DNA of 60,558 bases from Candidatus Binatia bacterium (GTDB lineage Bacteria; Desulfobacterota; Binatia; UBA9968; JAJDTQ01): positions 1 through 60,558 of the forward strand of contig JAJDXX010000050.1 in assembly GCA_022823055.1 (NCBI GenBank), read 5' to 3'. The notes under the pieces are model-generated. The model was not told the origin of the DNA, ran no database searches, and saw nothing but the letters and a program-made list of their open reading frames with translations. Positions within the stretch are counted from its first letter, which is position 1, and each line of letters starts with the position of its first letter. The position numbers were made by a program, and so were the translations under genes. This document shows, piece by piece, positions 8,221 through 16,402 of the stretch.

Positions 8221-10401
8221 GTGCGATCGTGGAGGGAACACCTGCCGGAGCTGGACCGAGTCGTGGAATCGCTGTTGAACAGCATCGTCTGGGAGACCGT
8301 GGGGGTCTTTTACGAGGCCTCGGTGTATCTCCTCGCCGGGTTCTTCGTGGCGGGCCTCCTGCACGTCTACCTGCCGGCGGACCTCATCGCGCGCCACCTG
8401 GGCCGGAACGACGCGCGCTCGGTGGGGCTGGCGGCGCTGTTCGGCGCGCCGATTCCGCTATGCTCGTGCGGGGTCCTGCCGGCGGCGGCCTCGCTGCAGA
8501 AGCAGGGAGCCGGCCGCGCGCCGCTGGTGTCGTTCCTGATCTCGACTCCCGAGACCGGCGTCGACTCGGTGGCGCTGACCTACGGGCTCATGGGTCCGGT
8601 CATGGCCGTGGTCCGTCCGGTGGTGGCGGTGGTGACGGCGCTCGTGGCCGGCATCGCTTCCATCGGCGTGCGCGAGGATGAGACGGCGCCGGGTTCTTCG
8701 GCGGCGGCGCTTTCCGACGATGCGTGCGCGGACCCCGCTTGCGACGACGCGTCCGCGCCGGCCGCCGGCCGGGACTCATGCGACGAGACCCACGCGCCGG
8801 GCGCGGCGGCCTCGTCACCGGCGCATCGTTTCTTCCACTCCCTGGAGTACGGCTTCACCTCGGTGCTGGACGACATCGCGCTGTCGCTCCTCGTCGGCAT
8901 GCTGCTGACCGGGGTTCTCGCGGGGCTTCTGCCCGACAACTTCTTTGACGAGGTGCTCGGTTGGGGTTCGGGGATCATGCCGATGCTGGCCATGATCGTG
9001 CTCGGGCTGCCGTTGTACCTGTGCGCCAGCGCCTCCACTCCCGTTGCCGCCGCGCTCATGGTCAAGGGGCTCTCTCCGGGAGCGGCGCTCGTGTTCCTGC
9101 TTGTGGGTCCGGCCACCAACCTCGCCACCATGACCGTGGTGGGCCAGCTCCTGGGCCGCCGCCTTCTCGGCGTCTACCTTGGGGCCATCATCCTCGTGAG
9201 CCTGATGGCCGGCCTCCTGGTGGACGCGACCTTGGCCGACTCCATTCAGGTGGCGGGCTTCGGCGACCTGGGGCAGGACGTCGACGCGGTCTTCGTGCTC
9301 AAGGCGCTGTCGGCCGTGGGCCTGGTCCTGCTGTTGCTGCGAAGCTTCGTGCGCAAGGGCTATCGCACGGTCTGGCGCGACGCCGCGGAACAGCTTCTCC
9401 AGACCGGCCGTGCGCTCAAGGCCTTCCGCCCCGGCAACCTGTTGCGCGGCCCCGTCCTCGCGGCCGCCGTGGCCATCGCGGCGGTGGCGTCGGTCCCCGC
9501 GTTCACGCTCATCGTCGACCCCGGCCAGCGCGGCATCATCCAACGCTTCGGCCGGGTGGTGGCGGCGGATCTCGAGCCCGGCCTGTATTTCCATCTGCCG
9601 GCGCCCTTCGGCCGGGGCACCGCGGTGGACGTGGGGCTGATCCGCCAGGTCACGGTGGGCTTCCGGGGCGGCGTCAACGGCGCCCGGCGGGTTGTCGACG
9701 AACAGGCCTTCTACCTCACGGCGGACGGCAACGTCATCGACATCCGGGCGGTGGTGCAGTACCGCGTGCGCGACCCCGCGGTGTACGCGCTCGGCGTCGA
9801 GGAGACTCCCGCGGTGGTGCTGGGGCTGGCCCGGCGCGAGTTGGTGAGCCTCCTGAGCCGCAAGCCCATCGACCGGATCTACACCGTGGACCGGCGCAGC
9901 ACGGAGCGGGAGCTGCGGGACCGCCTGGCCCGGCGCCTCGCGTCCCTGGGCATCGGCAGCGAGATTTTGGACGTGCGGCTCCTGGACGTGCACGCGCCGG
10001 GCCGGGTCCACGACGCGTTCCGCGACGTGGCCAGCGCGCTGGAGGACCGCCAGCGCGACATCCACGTGGCCACCGGGGCGGCGACCCAGTCCACCACCGC
10101 GGCCACGGGCGAGGCCGAACGCATCACGCAACGGGCCGAGGGCCGCGCCGTGCGCGAGATGCGCCGGGCCGAGGGCCGCTCCGCGGCGTTCCGGGATACC
10201 GCGGCGGTGCATCGGACGAGCCCCGGGGTTACCGAGGCCCGCCTCTACCTTGAAACCCTCGAGCGGTCGCTGGAGCTGCCGCGGAAATACATCTACATGC
10301 CCGAAGCGGACGGCGGCGGCGACGTGGACCTCTGGATCGGCGCGCCGTCCTCGGACTTCCTGAACCTGGGCGCGCCCGAGCCCAGGAGCGGACAGAGATA
10401 G
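8221..10401 (+). CDS. ArsP/DUF318 (SO_0444-type) permease fused to C-terminal HflK-like SPFH/Band7 domain, copy 1
   Basis: GAPIPLCSCGVLP, TPETGVDS, GLPLYLCASASTP, GPATN permease motifs; then TM + VDPGQRGIIQRFGR, PGLYFHLP, LTADGNVIDI, VQYRVRDP, AFRDV, RLYLETLE, all in one frame. Start uncertain (GTG 8221 or 8263). Confidence 0.88.
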   Translation: MRSWREHLPELDRVVESLLNSIVWETVGVFYEASVYLLAGFFVAGLLHVYLPADLIARHLGRNDARSVGLAALFGAPIPLCSCGVLPAAASLQKQGAGRAPLVSFLISTPETGVDSVALTYGLMGPVMAVVRPVVAVVTALVAGIASIGVREDETAPGSSAAALSDDACADPACDDASAPAAGRDSCDETHAPGAAASSPAHRFFHSLEYGFTSVLDDIALSLLVGMLLTGVLAGLLPDNFFDEVLGWGSGIMPMLAMIVLGLPLYLCASASTPVAAALMVKGLSPGAALVFLLVGPATNLATMTVVGQLLGRRLLGVYLGAIILVSLMAGLLVDATLADSIQVAGFGDLGQDVDAVFVLKALSAVGLVLLLLRSFVRKGYRTVWRDAAEQLLQTGRALKAFRPGNLLRGPVLAAAVAIAAVASVPAFTLIVDPGQRGIIQRFGRVVAADLEPGLYFHLPAPFGRGTAVDVGLIRQVTVGFRGGVNGARRVVDEQAFYLTADGNVIDIRAVVQYRVRDPAVYALGVEETPAVVLGLARRELVSLLSRKPIDRIYTVDRRSTERELRDRLARRLASLGIGSEILDVRLLDVHAPGRVHDAFRDVASALEDRQRDIHVATGAATQSTTAATGEAERITQRAEGRAVREMRRAEGRSAAFRDTAAVHRTSPGVTEARLYLETLERSLELPRKYIYMPEADGGGDVDLWIGAPSSDFLNLGAPEPRSGQR

Positions 10402-10414
10402 CGGAGAGTTCACC

Positions 10415-11575
10415 ATGGGCAAACCCATCGTCGCGGTGCTCGTCCTGGCGCTGCTCCTCTTCGGCGCCGCCACCTCGTTCGTGGTGGTGGACGAGAAGAG
10501 CCACGCGGTCATCACCCAGTTCGGGAAGCCCGTGTCGGTGCTGAGCGAGGCGGGCCTCTACCTCAAGCTGCCGGTGCCGTTCCAGCGGGCGAACCTCCTG
10601 GACAAGCGCATCCTGATCACCAACACGCGGGAGACGGAGCTGCTCACCGCGGACAAAAAGAACGTCCTGGTCTCCACCTACATCTCCTGGAAGATCGCCG
10701 ACCCGGTGCGTTACCTGGCGGCGCTGCGCACCCGGGACTTCGCGGAGAACCGGCTCGCCGCGCTGGTGCAGTCCGAGTTGGGCAGCGCGCTCGGCGGCCG
10801 GCCCTTCGGCACGATCCTGGGAACTTCCGGCAACGGTGCCAGCCTGGCGGAGTTGGAAGGTTCGGTAGAGCGGGCGGTGGCCGGGGTGACGCGGGAGGAC
10901 CTCGGCATCGAGGTGGTGAGCCTCGGCGTGACGCGCCTCATCTTCCCGCGACAGAACCTCGACAGTGTGTTCGCGCGCATGCGCGCCGAGCGCGCGCGCA
11001 TCGCCCGGGGGTTTCGCTCGGAGGGGCGGGCCGAGGCGCAGAAGATCGCCGCCCGCGCCGAGAAGGAACGCGCGCGCATCATCGCCGAGGCCGAGGCCAA
11101 GGCGGCCATGCTGCGGGGGCGCGGCGAGGCCGAGGCGGCGCGCATCTACGCCGAAGCCTACCAGGGGCACGCCGACTTCTATCGGTTCCTGCGCACGCTG
11201 GAAGCCTACAAGAAGGTGCTGAACGAGAAGACCACCCTGGTCCTGCCGGCGGATTCGCCGTTCCTGGAGATCCTGACCTCCAGGATTCCCGGCGCGCCGG
11301 CGGCGCCCGGGCGGAGCGGCGGCGGTGCCGCGCCCGCCGATGCCGCCGCCGCGAGCCCGGTGGCGCGGAAACCCGGGCCCGCCAATACCGCCGCGCCTCC
11401 CGAGGCCCGGAACCCCGCGCCCGCGAGTCCGGCGGACGCGAACTCCGTGTCCGCGAAGCCCGTTGCCGCAAACCCGGCGCCCGGTGGTCGGATCGCCGAT
11501 GGTCCGGTGCGGGACCCGCTGGAGCGGGATTCGGCTCCCGCGCCGCCGCCCGCGCGGCGGAGGGTGTTCCGGTGA
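10415..11575 (+). CDS. HflC-like SPFH protein with long Pro/Ala-rich C-terminal tail
   Basis: N-terminal TM, ITQFGKPV, LLTADKKNV, WKIADP, RMRAERARIA..RSEG, FYRFLRTLEAY, LPADSPF. Confidence 0.9.
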   Translation: MGKPIVAVLVLALLLFGAATSFVVVDEKSHAVITQFGKPVSVLSEAGLYLKLPVPFQRANLLDKRILITNTRETELLTADKKNVLVSTYISWKIADPVRYLAALRTRDFAENRLAALVQSELGSALGGRPFGTILGTSGNGASLAELEGSVERAVAGVTREDLGIEVVSLGVTRLIFPRQNLDSVFARMRAERARIARGFRSEGRAEAQKIAARAEKERARIIAEAEAKAAMLRGRGEAEAARIYAEAYQGHADFYRFLRTLEAYKKVLNEKTTLVLPADSPFLEILTSRIPGAPAAPGRSGGGAAPADAAAASPVARKPGPANTAAPPEARNPAPASPADANSVSAKPVAANPAPGGRIADGPVRDPLERDSAPAPPPARRRVFR

Positions 11576-12483
11576 CGGGACGCGGGCGACGGTACCCTGT
11601 GCTCCTGGGCTGTGTCGGCGTGCTCGCCGGCTGGCTCGCCCTCGGCATCTACAACGTCGAATCGGACGAGAGCGCGGTGGCCTACTTCCTCGGCAAGGCC
11701 GTGGGCCGCGACGTGCTCCCGGGCATCCACTGGAACGCGCCGTGGCCGTTGGGGCAGGTGGTGGTGGCGCGCACGGCCACGAACTTCCTCATGCCGGTGG
11801 AGCATGGGGCGGCGGCAGGCAGCGCGGCGGGCGCGTCCGAGTCCCTCTGGCTGCTGGGTGACACCAACGTCATCGTCGGCCGGCTGGGCATCCAGTACAG
11901 CATCGGCAGCCTGACGCGCTTCGAGGTGTCGCACGAGGACCCGCGGGAGCTGCTGCGCCGGGCCGGGCGCCGGATCGTGACCCGGTTCCTCGCCGGCGAG
12001 AGCGTGGACGCCGCCCTCACCACCCGCCGGAACGAGCTCCTGGACGCGGTGCAGCGGCAGGTGCAGTCGATACTCGATGATCACGGTTCTGGAATCGAGA
12101 TCCAGTCGGTGAACGTCGAGGCGCTGGCGCCGCCGGAGCAGGGAGGTGTGCGGCAGGCCTTCCAGGAGGTGCAGAGCGCGCTGGCGGACAAGGAGCGGGT
12201 GGTGGACGAGGCGCGCGCCGACCGCGCCCAGATCCTCGCGGAAGCCGAGGGGGAGTCGGAGCATCGCGTGACCCAGGCCGAGGCCGCGCGCCACCGGCGC
12301 GTGGAGATCGCCAAGGGCGAAGGCGAGCGTTTCCTCCGCCTCGCGCGGGAGCACCGCAAGACCCCCGGGCTCACCGAGGAACGGCTCTACCTGGAAACCA
12401 TCGAGGAGATCCTGCCGCGCATGGACACCTACGTGGTCCAGTCCGGCCCGGACGGCAAGGTCAACCTGCGCGTGGTCCGGTGA
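11572..12483 (+). CDS. HflK-like SPFH protein
   Basis: GTGA overlap with the previous stop; PGIHWNAPWP, LLGDTNVI, VRQAFQEV, AKGEGERF, RLYLETIEEIL. Confidence 0.87.
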   Translation: MTGRGRRYPVLLGCVGVLAGWLALGIYNVESDESAVAYFLGKAVGRDVLPGIHWNAPWPLGQVVVARTATNFLMPVEHGAAAGSAAGASESLWLLGDTNVIVGRLGIQYSIGSLTRFEVSHEDPRELLRRAGRRIVTRFLAGESVDAALTTRRNELLDAVQRQVQSILDDHGSGIEIQSVNVEALAPPEQGGVRQAFQEVQSALADKERVVDEARADRAQILAEAEGESEHRVTQAEAARHRRVEIAKGEGERFLRLAREHRKTPGLTEERLYLETIEEILPRMDTYVVQSGPDGKVNLRVVR

Positions 12484-12507
12484 GAACGAAATGTCTTGGC
12501 GTAGCGC

Positions 12508-12542
12508 TTGACAAAAGAGAAAGCCATGAGAATATATTCTCA
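12508..12542 (+). promoter_or_regulatory. Promoter (-35 TTGACA) with perfect palindrome TGAGAATATATTCTCA over the -10 region; putative Fur/Zur-family operator
   Basis: TTGACA 12508-12513; 16-bp palindrome 12527-12542 resembling Fur-family TGA(T/G)AAT-n-ATT(A/C)TCA; directly upstream of a Znu-type operon. Confidence 0.7.
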
Positions 12543-12570
12543 ATTGCTTTTTGGTCAGGAGGATTGTGCC

Positions 12571-13671
12571 ATGAGGAGAACTGTGAGGCTGTTCCTTGCC
12601 ATTCTTGCGGGCTGTTGGATCGGCGCGGTAGCGGTCCCCGCGAGCGGGGAGCCGTTGAACGTCGTTACCAGCGTGATCCCGGTGGCGTATATCGTCGAAG
12701 AGTTGGGTGGCGAGCGAGTCGAGGTACATGCGCTGGTGCCGCCCGGGGCCAGCCCCCACACGTTCGAGCCCGTGCCGAGCGACCTGCGAACGCTTGCCGG
12801 GGCGCGCGTTTTCGTCGCCATCGGGGGAGGCTTTGACGGGTGGTCCGACAGGCTGCTCGGAGCGGCCCCGAAGGGAATCGAGGCCATGCACCTGATCGAG
12901 GCGCCGAACCTGAACCCCGTGGAAGGAGAGGACGATCACCACGGTGAAGAGAAGGCTGCCAAGGAAGAAGATCACCACGGTGAGGAGAAGGCTGCGAAGA
13001 AGGAAGAGGACCATCACGGCGAGGAGAAGGTAGCCAAGAAGGAAGAGGACCACCACGGTGAGGAGAAGGCTGCCAAGAAGGAGGAGGATCACCACGGCGA
13101 GGAGAAGGTAGCCGCAAAGGAAGAGGATCACCACGGTGAGGAGGAGTTCAACCCGCATTTCTGGCTGGACCCGATCCGCGTGAGAGACGTGCTCGTGCCG
13201 GTGCTGGTACAGGGGCTGATGGCGGCGGATCCCGCCGGCAAGGATCACTACGAGAAGCGCCGGAAGGACTTTCACCAGCGGTTGACGGCACTGGACCAGG
13301 AGATCAGAACGGAGCTCGGCAAGGCGAAGACGCGCAAGTACATCGCCTTTCACGCGGCGTGGCCCTACTTCGCCGAACGCTACGGCCTTGAGAAGGTGGC
13401 GGTGGTGCAGGAGTTCGGCGGCGAGGAGCCGACTCCCAGGGAAGTCGCCACTTTGGTGCGGGACGCCCGCGCCGCGGGGGTCGGGGCCATCCTGGTGGAG
13501 CCGCAACTGAATCCCCGAGTGGCGCAGACCATCGCCGCGGAGTTCGGCGCCGGAACGGTGGTGGTGGATCCGGTGGGCGACCCGGGCGATCCGGCGCGCG
13601 ACAGCTACGAGGATCTGATGCGGTTCAATGCCCGCGCCTTCGGACAGGCGCTGCAGGGAAAACGCAATTGA
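12571..13671 (+). CDS. znuA: Zn/Mn ABC transporter substrate-binding protein (cluster A-I) with tandem His-rich repeats
   Basis: Signal peptide after RBS AGGAGG; PPGASPHTFEP, NPHFWLDP, FHAAWPYF, VEPQ. Confidence 0.9.
   Translation: MRRTVRLFLAILAGCWIGAVAVPASGEPLNVVTSVIPVAYIVEELGGERVEVHALVPPGASPHTFEPVPSDLRTLAGARVFVAIGGGFDGWSDRLLGAAPKGIEAMHLIEAPNLNPVEGEDDHHGEEKAAKEEDHHGEEKAAKKEEDHHGEEKVAKKEEDHHGEEKAAKKEEDHHGEEKVAAKEEDHHGEEEFNPHFWLDPIRVRDVLVPVLVQGLMAADPAGKDHYEKRRKDFHQRLTALDQEIRTELGKAKTRKYIAFHAAWPYFAERYGLEKVAVVQEFGGEEPTPREVATLVRDARAAGVGAILVEPQLNPRVAQTIAAEFGAGTVVVDPVGDPGDPARDSYEDLMRFNARAFGQALQGKRN
12928..13146 (+). repeat. Intragenic tandem repeat, six units of (E/D)DHHGEE(K-A/V-A-K-K), 36-39 nt each
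   Basis: Visible in DNA and translation; units differ at synonymous positions. Confidence 0.95.
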
Positions 13672-14453
13672 ACCACGACAACGTGGTAGTCGGCCTGAGC
13701 GGCGTGACGGTGGAGCTCGATGGCCGTTGCGTGCTGCACGACATCAACTTCGACGTGCACGCGGGCGGGTTCGTGGGCATCGTCGGACCCAACGGAGCCG
13801 GCAAGACGACGCTGATGCGCACGATCATGGGGCTCATGCCGGTGGTGAGCGGCCGGGTGGAGGTGTTCGGCTCCCCACCCGGCGGGAAGGGCTCCGACGC
13901 CATCGGTTACGTGCCGCAACGCCAGAGCATCTCTCCCGAGTTTCCGGCGACGGTCGGCGACGTGGTGATGATGGGGAGGCTGCGGCAACTCGGCGCATTC
14001 GGGTTCCCGCGCAAGAAAGACTGGGAGCGGGTGGACCGAAGCCTCGAGCTGGTGGGCATGCAGGACCGCAGGGACCGTCCCGTGGGGCGGATGTCCGGAG
14101 GCGAGCAGCGCCGGGTCATGCTGGCCCAGGCACTGTGCGCCAGCACGCGGTTGCTGGTGCTCGACGAGCCCACGGTGGGCCTCGATCTTCCCGCCGAGCA
14201 CGAGTTCTATGCGCTGCTCCGAAGACTCATACAGGACTTGACCTTGACCATCGTGGCGGTGTCCCATGACCTCGTGGCCATGGCCGGGCAGTCCGATGAG
14301 CTGATCTGCATCAACCAACGCATGCACATTCACGGGAACGCCGAGGAGGTGATCCACAGCCACGCCATCCGCGAGGCCTACCGCTGCGAGTTCGACTTCC
14401 TGGGCGGCGAGCTTGCCCATCACGAAACGCCGGGCCATCAACATGACGGGTGA
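13668..14453 (+). CDS. znuC: Metal ABC transporter ATP-binding protein
   Basis: GPNGAGKTT, IGYVPQ, MSGGEQRRV, LDEPT, His-rich C-terminus; TTGA overlap with upstream gene. Confidence 0.9.
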   Translation: MNHDNVVVGLSGVTVELDGRCVLHDINFDVHAGGFVGIVGPNGAGKTTLMRTIMGLMPVVSGRVEVFGSPPGGKGSDAIGYVPQRQSISPEFPATVGDVVMMGRLRQLGAFGFPRKKDWERVDRSLELVGMQDRRDRPVGRMSGGEQRRVMLAQALCASTRLLVLDEPTVGLDLPAEHEFYALLRRLIQDLTLTIVAVSHDLVAMAGQSDELICINQRMHIHGNAEEVIHSHAIREAYRCEFDFLGGELAHHETPGHQHDG

Positions 14454-14509
14454 CACGCCGGCGGCGCTCCGACACCTCGGCTGACGGCCTGTCATACGGA
14501 AACTCTCTG

Positions 14510-15343
14510 ATGTTCGATTTCGCCTTCATGCAACGCGCGCTGGCCGCGGCGGTCCTGGTGGGTGTGCTATGCGGGATCCTGGGCTTTTTCGTGGTGCTGC
14601 GGCGTCTGGCCTTCATCGGCGTCGGGATCTCCCATTCGGCCATCGGGGGCGTTGCCATCGGCATCCTGGCGGGATGGAATCCGCTCCTGACCGGCGCCGT
14701 CTTCGCCATCGCCGTGGCGCTGGGAATCGCCCTCGTGAGCCGGAGCGACAACATCAGCGAGGACACGGTCATCGGCGTGTTCTTCTCCGGGTCCATGGCC
14801 TTGGGCGTCGTGCTCTTCAGCATGAAGAGCGGCTACCAGCAGGATCTCTTCAGCTACCTCTTCGGCAACGTGCTGGCCATCTCCACCGTCGAGCTCGTGG
14901 CCCTCGCCTGCGCGAGCGCGGTGATCATGGTGATCATGCTGTTGACGTTCAAGGAGCACATGCTGATCTCGTTCGATGAAGAGGTGGCGGCGGCCTACGG
15001 CCACAAGGTCCTGGCGATGAACGTGCTGCTGCTGGTGGTGCTGGCCCTCACCGTGGTGATCGGCGTAAGGCTGGTGGGTCTGCTGCTGATCCAGGCCCTG
15101 CTGGTGGTGCCCGCCGCGATCGCGACCCTGTGGGCGTTGAACTTCCGCTGGCAGGTGTTGCTGGCGACCTTGATCGGAGCGCTTTCAGGCGTGGTGGGGC
15201 TCGTGCTGGCGTATCAATTCGACCTCGCTGCCGGCGGCTCCATCGTGATGGTGGCGGTAGCGCTCTTTTTCATTACCCTTCTGGCTCACTTCATCCACCG
15301 TCAGTTCCGGACTCCGCCGTCTGTCTCCCTGGATCAACCGTAG
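14510..15343 (+). CDS. znuB: Metal ABC transporter permease
   Basis: FMQRAL, VVLRRLAFIGVGISHSA, YLFGNVL, SFDEEVA, VGLLLIQALLVVPAA. Confidence 0.9.
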   Translation: MFDFAFMQRALAAAVLVGVLCGILGFFVVLRRLAFIGVGISHSAIGGVAIGILAGWNPLLTGAVFAIAVALGIALVSRSDNISEDTVIGVFFSGSMALGVVLFSMKSGYQQDLFSYLFGNVLAISTVELVALACASAVIMVIMLLTFKEHMLISFDEEVAAAYGHKVLAMNVLLLVVLALTVVIGVRLVGLLLIQALLVVPAAIATLWALNFRWQVLLATLIGALSGVVGLVLAYQFDLAAGGSIVMVAVALFFITLLAHFIHRQFRTPPSVSLDQP

Positions 15344-15389
15344 GAACCGAGGAAGACACCGAGCCCCATTGCGGTCGAGCATGGTGATC

Positions 15390-16349
15390 ATGAATCGAAC
15401 CATGGTTGCGGCGGTTCTTCTTGCCTGTTCGTTCATCGTGCCGTCGCAGGCCCGCGCCGCGGATCGGGTCGTCGCGACATTCAAGCCGGTGCACTCACTG
15501 GTGAGCGCGGTGATGGCCGGGGTGGGTGAACCTTACCTGCTCATGCGCGGTTCCGAGTCGCCGCACACCTACCGCATGCGCCCTTCCGACGCCGGTGTCA
15601 TCGGCAAGGCCCGCGTCATCTTCATGATCGGTGAACGCACCGAGACGACGCTGGTGGGCCCCATCCGCAAGCTCGGCGGCAAGGTCCGCGTGGTGGAGCT
15701 GGCCGAAGCGCCCGCGCTGGTTCGCAGGCCGCTACGCATGGGTGGCGCTTTCGAAGACGACGGTCACGGGCATTCCCATGGTCATGGTCACAGTCACGGC
15801 CGCGGCCGCGGGCTTGGAAAGGACGACGCGTTCGACATGCACGTTTGGCTGGACCCGATAAACGCCGGGTGGATGACGCTGGCGATCGCCCGTGCCCTGT
15901 CCGAGACCGATCCGGCCAACGCCGCGAAGTACGACGCCAACGCGGATGCGCTGATCACCCGGCTGGAAGCCTTTCGGGTGGAGTTGGACACGGAGCTGGC
16001 GCCGGTGCGCAGGAAGCCCTTCATCGTGTTCCACGACGCTTATCAGTATTTCGAGAAGCGCTTCGGGCTGACCGCCGTGGGCTCGGCCGTGGTCACCGCC
16101 GGCCGGGCGCCGGGCGTCCGGCGCGTCCGTGAGCTGCGCCGCAAGGTGCGCGAGCTGGGCCTGGTATGCGTGCTCGCCGAGCCTCGCTACGATCTCCGTT
16201 TCGTGAGGCTCATCACGGAAGGCACCGACGCACGCGCCGGCACCGTCGACCCCACCGGCGCGACGATCAAACCCGGCCCCGATATGTACTTCAGCCTGCT
16301 GCGGAACATGGCCGCGTCCTTCAAGGCCTGCCTGGCACCCTCGGGCTAG
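15390..16349 (+). CDS. Second Zn ABC transporter substrate-binding protein (proteobacterial ZnuA-like)
   Basis: VVATFKPVHSLVSAVM, ESPHTYRMRPSD, HGHSHGHGHSH loop, DMHVWLDP, FHDAYQYFE; start among 15381/15390/15402. Confidence 0.9.
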   Translation: MNRTMVAAVLLACSFIVPSQARAADRVVATFKPVHSLVSAVMAGVGEPYLLMRGSESPHTYRMRPSDAGVIGKARVIFMIGERTETTLVGPIRKLGGKVRVVELAEAPALVRRPLRMGGAFEDDGHGHSHGHGHSHGRGRGLGKDDAFDMHVWLDPINAGWMTLAIARALSETDPANAAKYDANADALITRLEAFRVELDTELAPVRRKPFIVFHDAYQYFEKRFGLTAVGSAVVTAGRAPGVRRVRELRRKVRELGLVCVLAEPRYDLRFVRLITEGTDARAGTVDPTGATIKPGPDMYFSLLRNMAASFKACLAPSG

Positions 16350-16363
16350 GACGTGCCCAATGC

Positions 16364-16399
16364 GTCATTCCCGCGAGGGCATGCTTTCGCGGGAATGAC
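16364..16399. repeat. Minimal hairpin copy of the repeat family between convergent genes (possible terminator)
   Basis: GTCATTCCCGCGA-GGGCATGCTT-TCGCGGGAATGAC. Confidence 0.85.
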
Positions 16400-16402
16400 G
16401 TT

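Noticed and set aside
10415-12483. Ordinary housekeeping hflKC
   Set aside because: Order is fusion-hflC-hflK, the module occurs twice, it is tied to a permease fusion and no hflX or ftsH is nearby.
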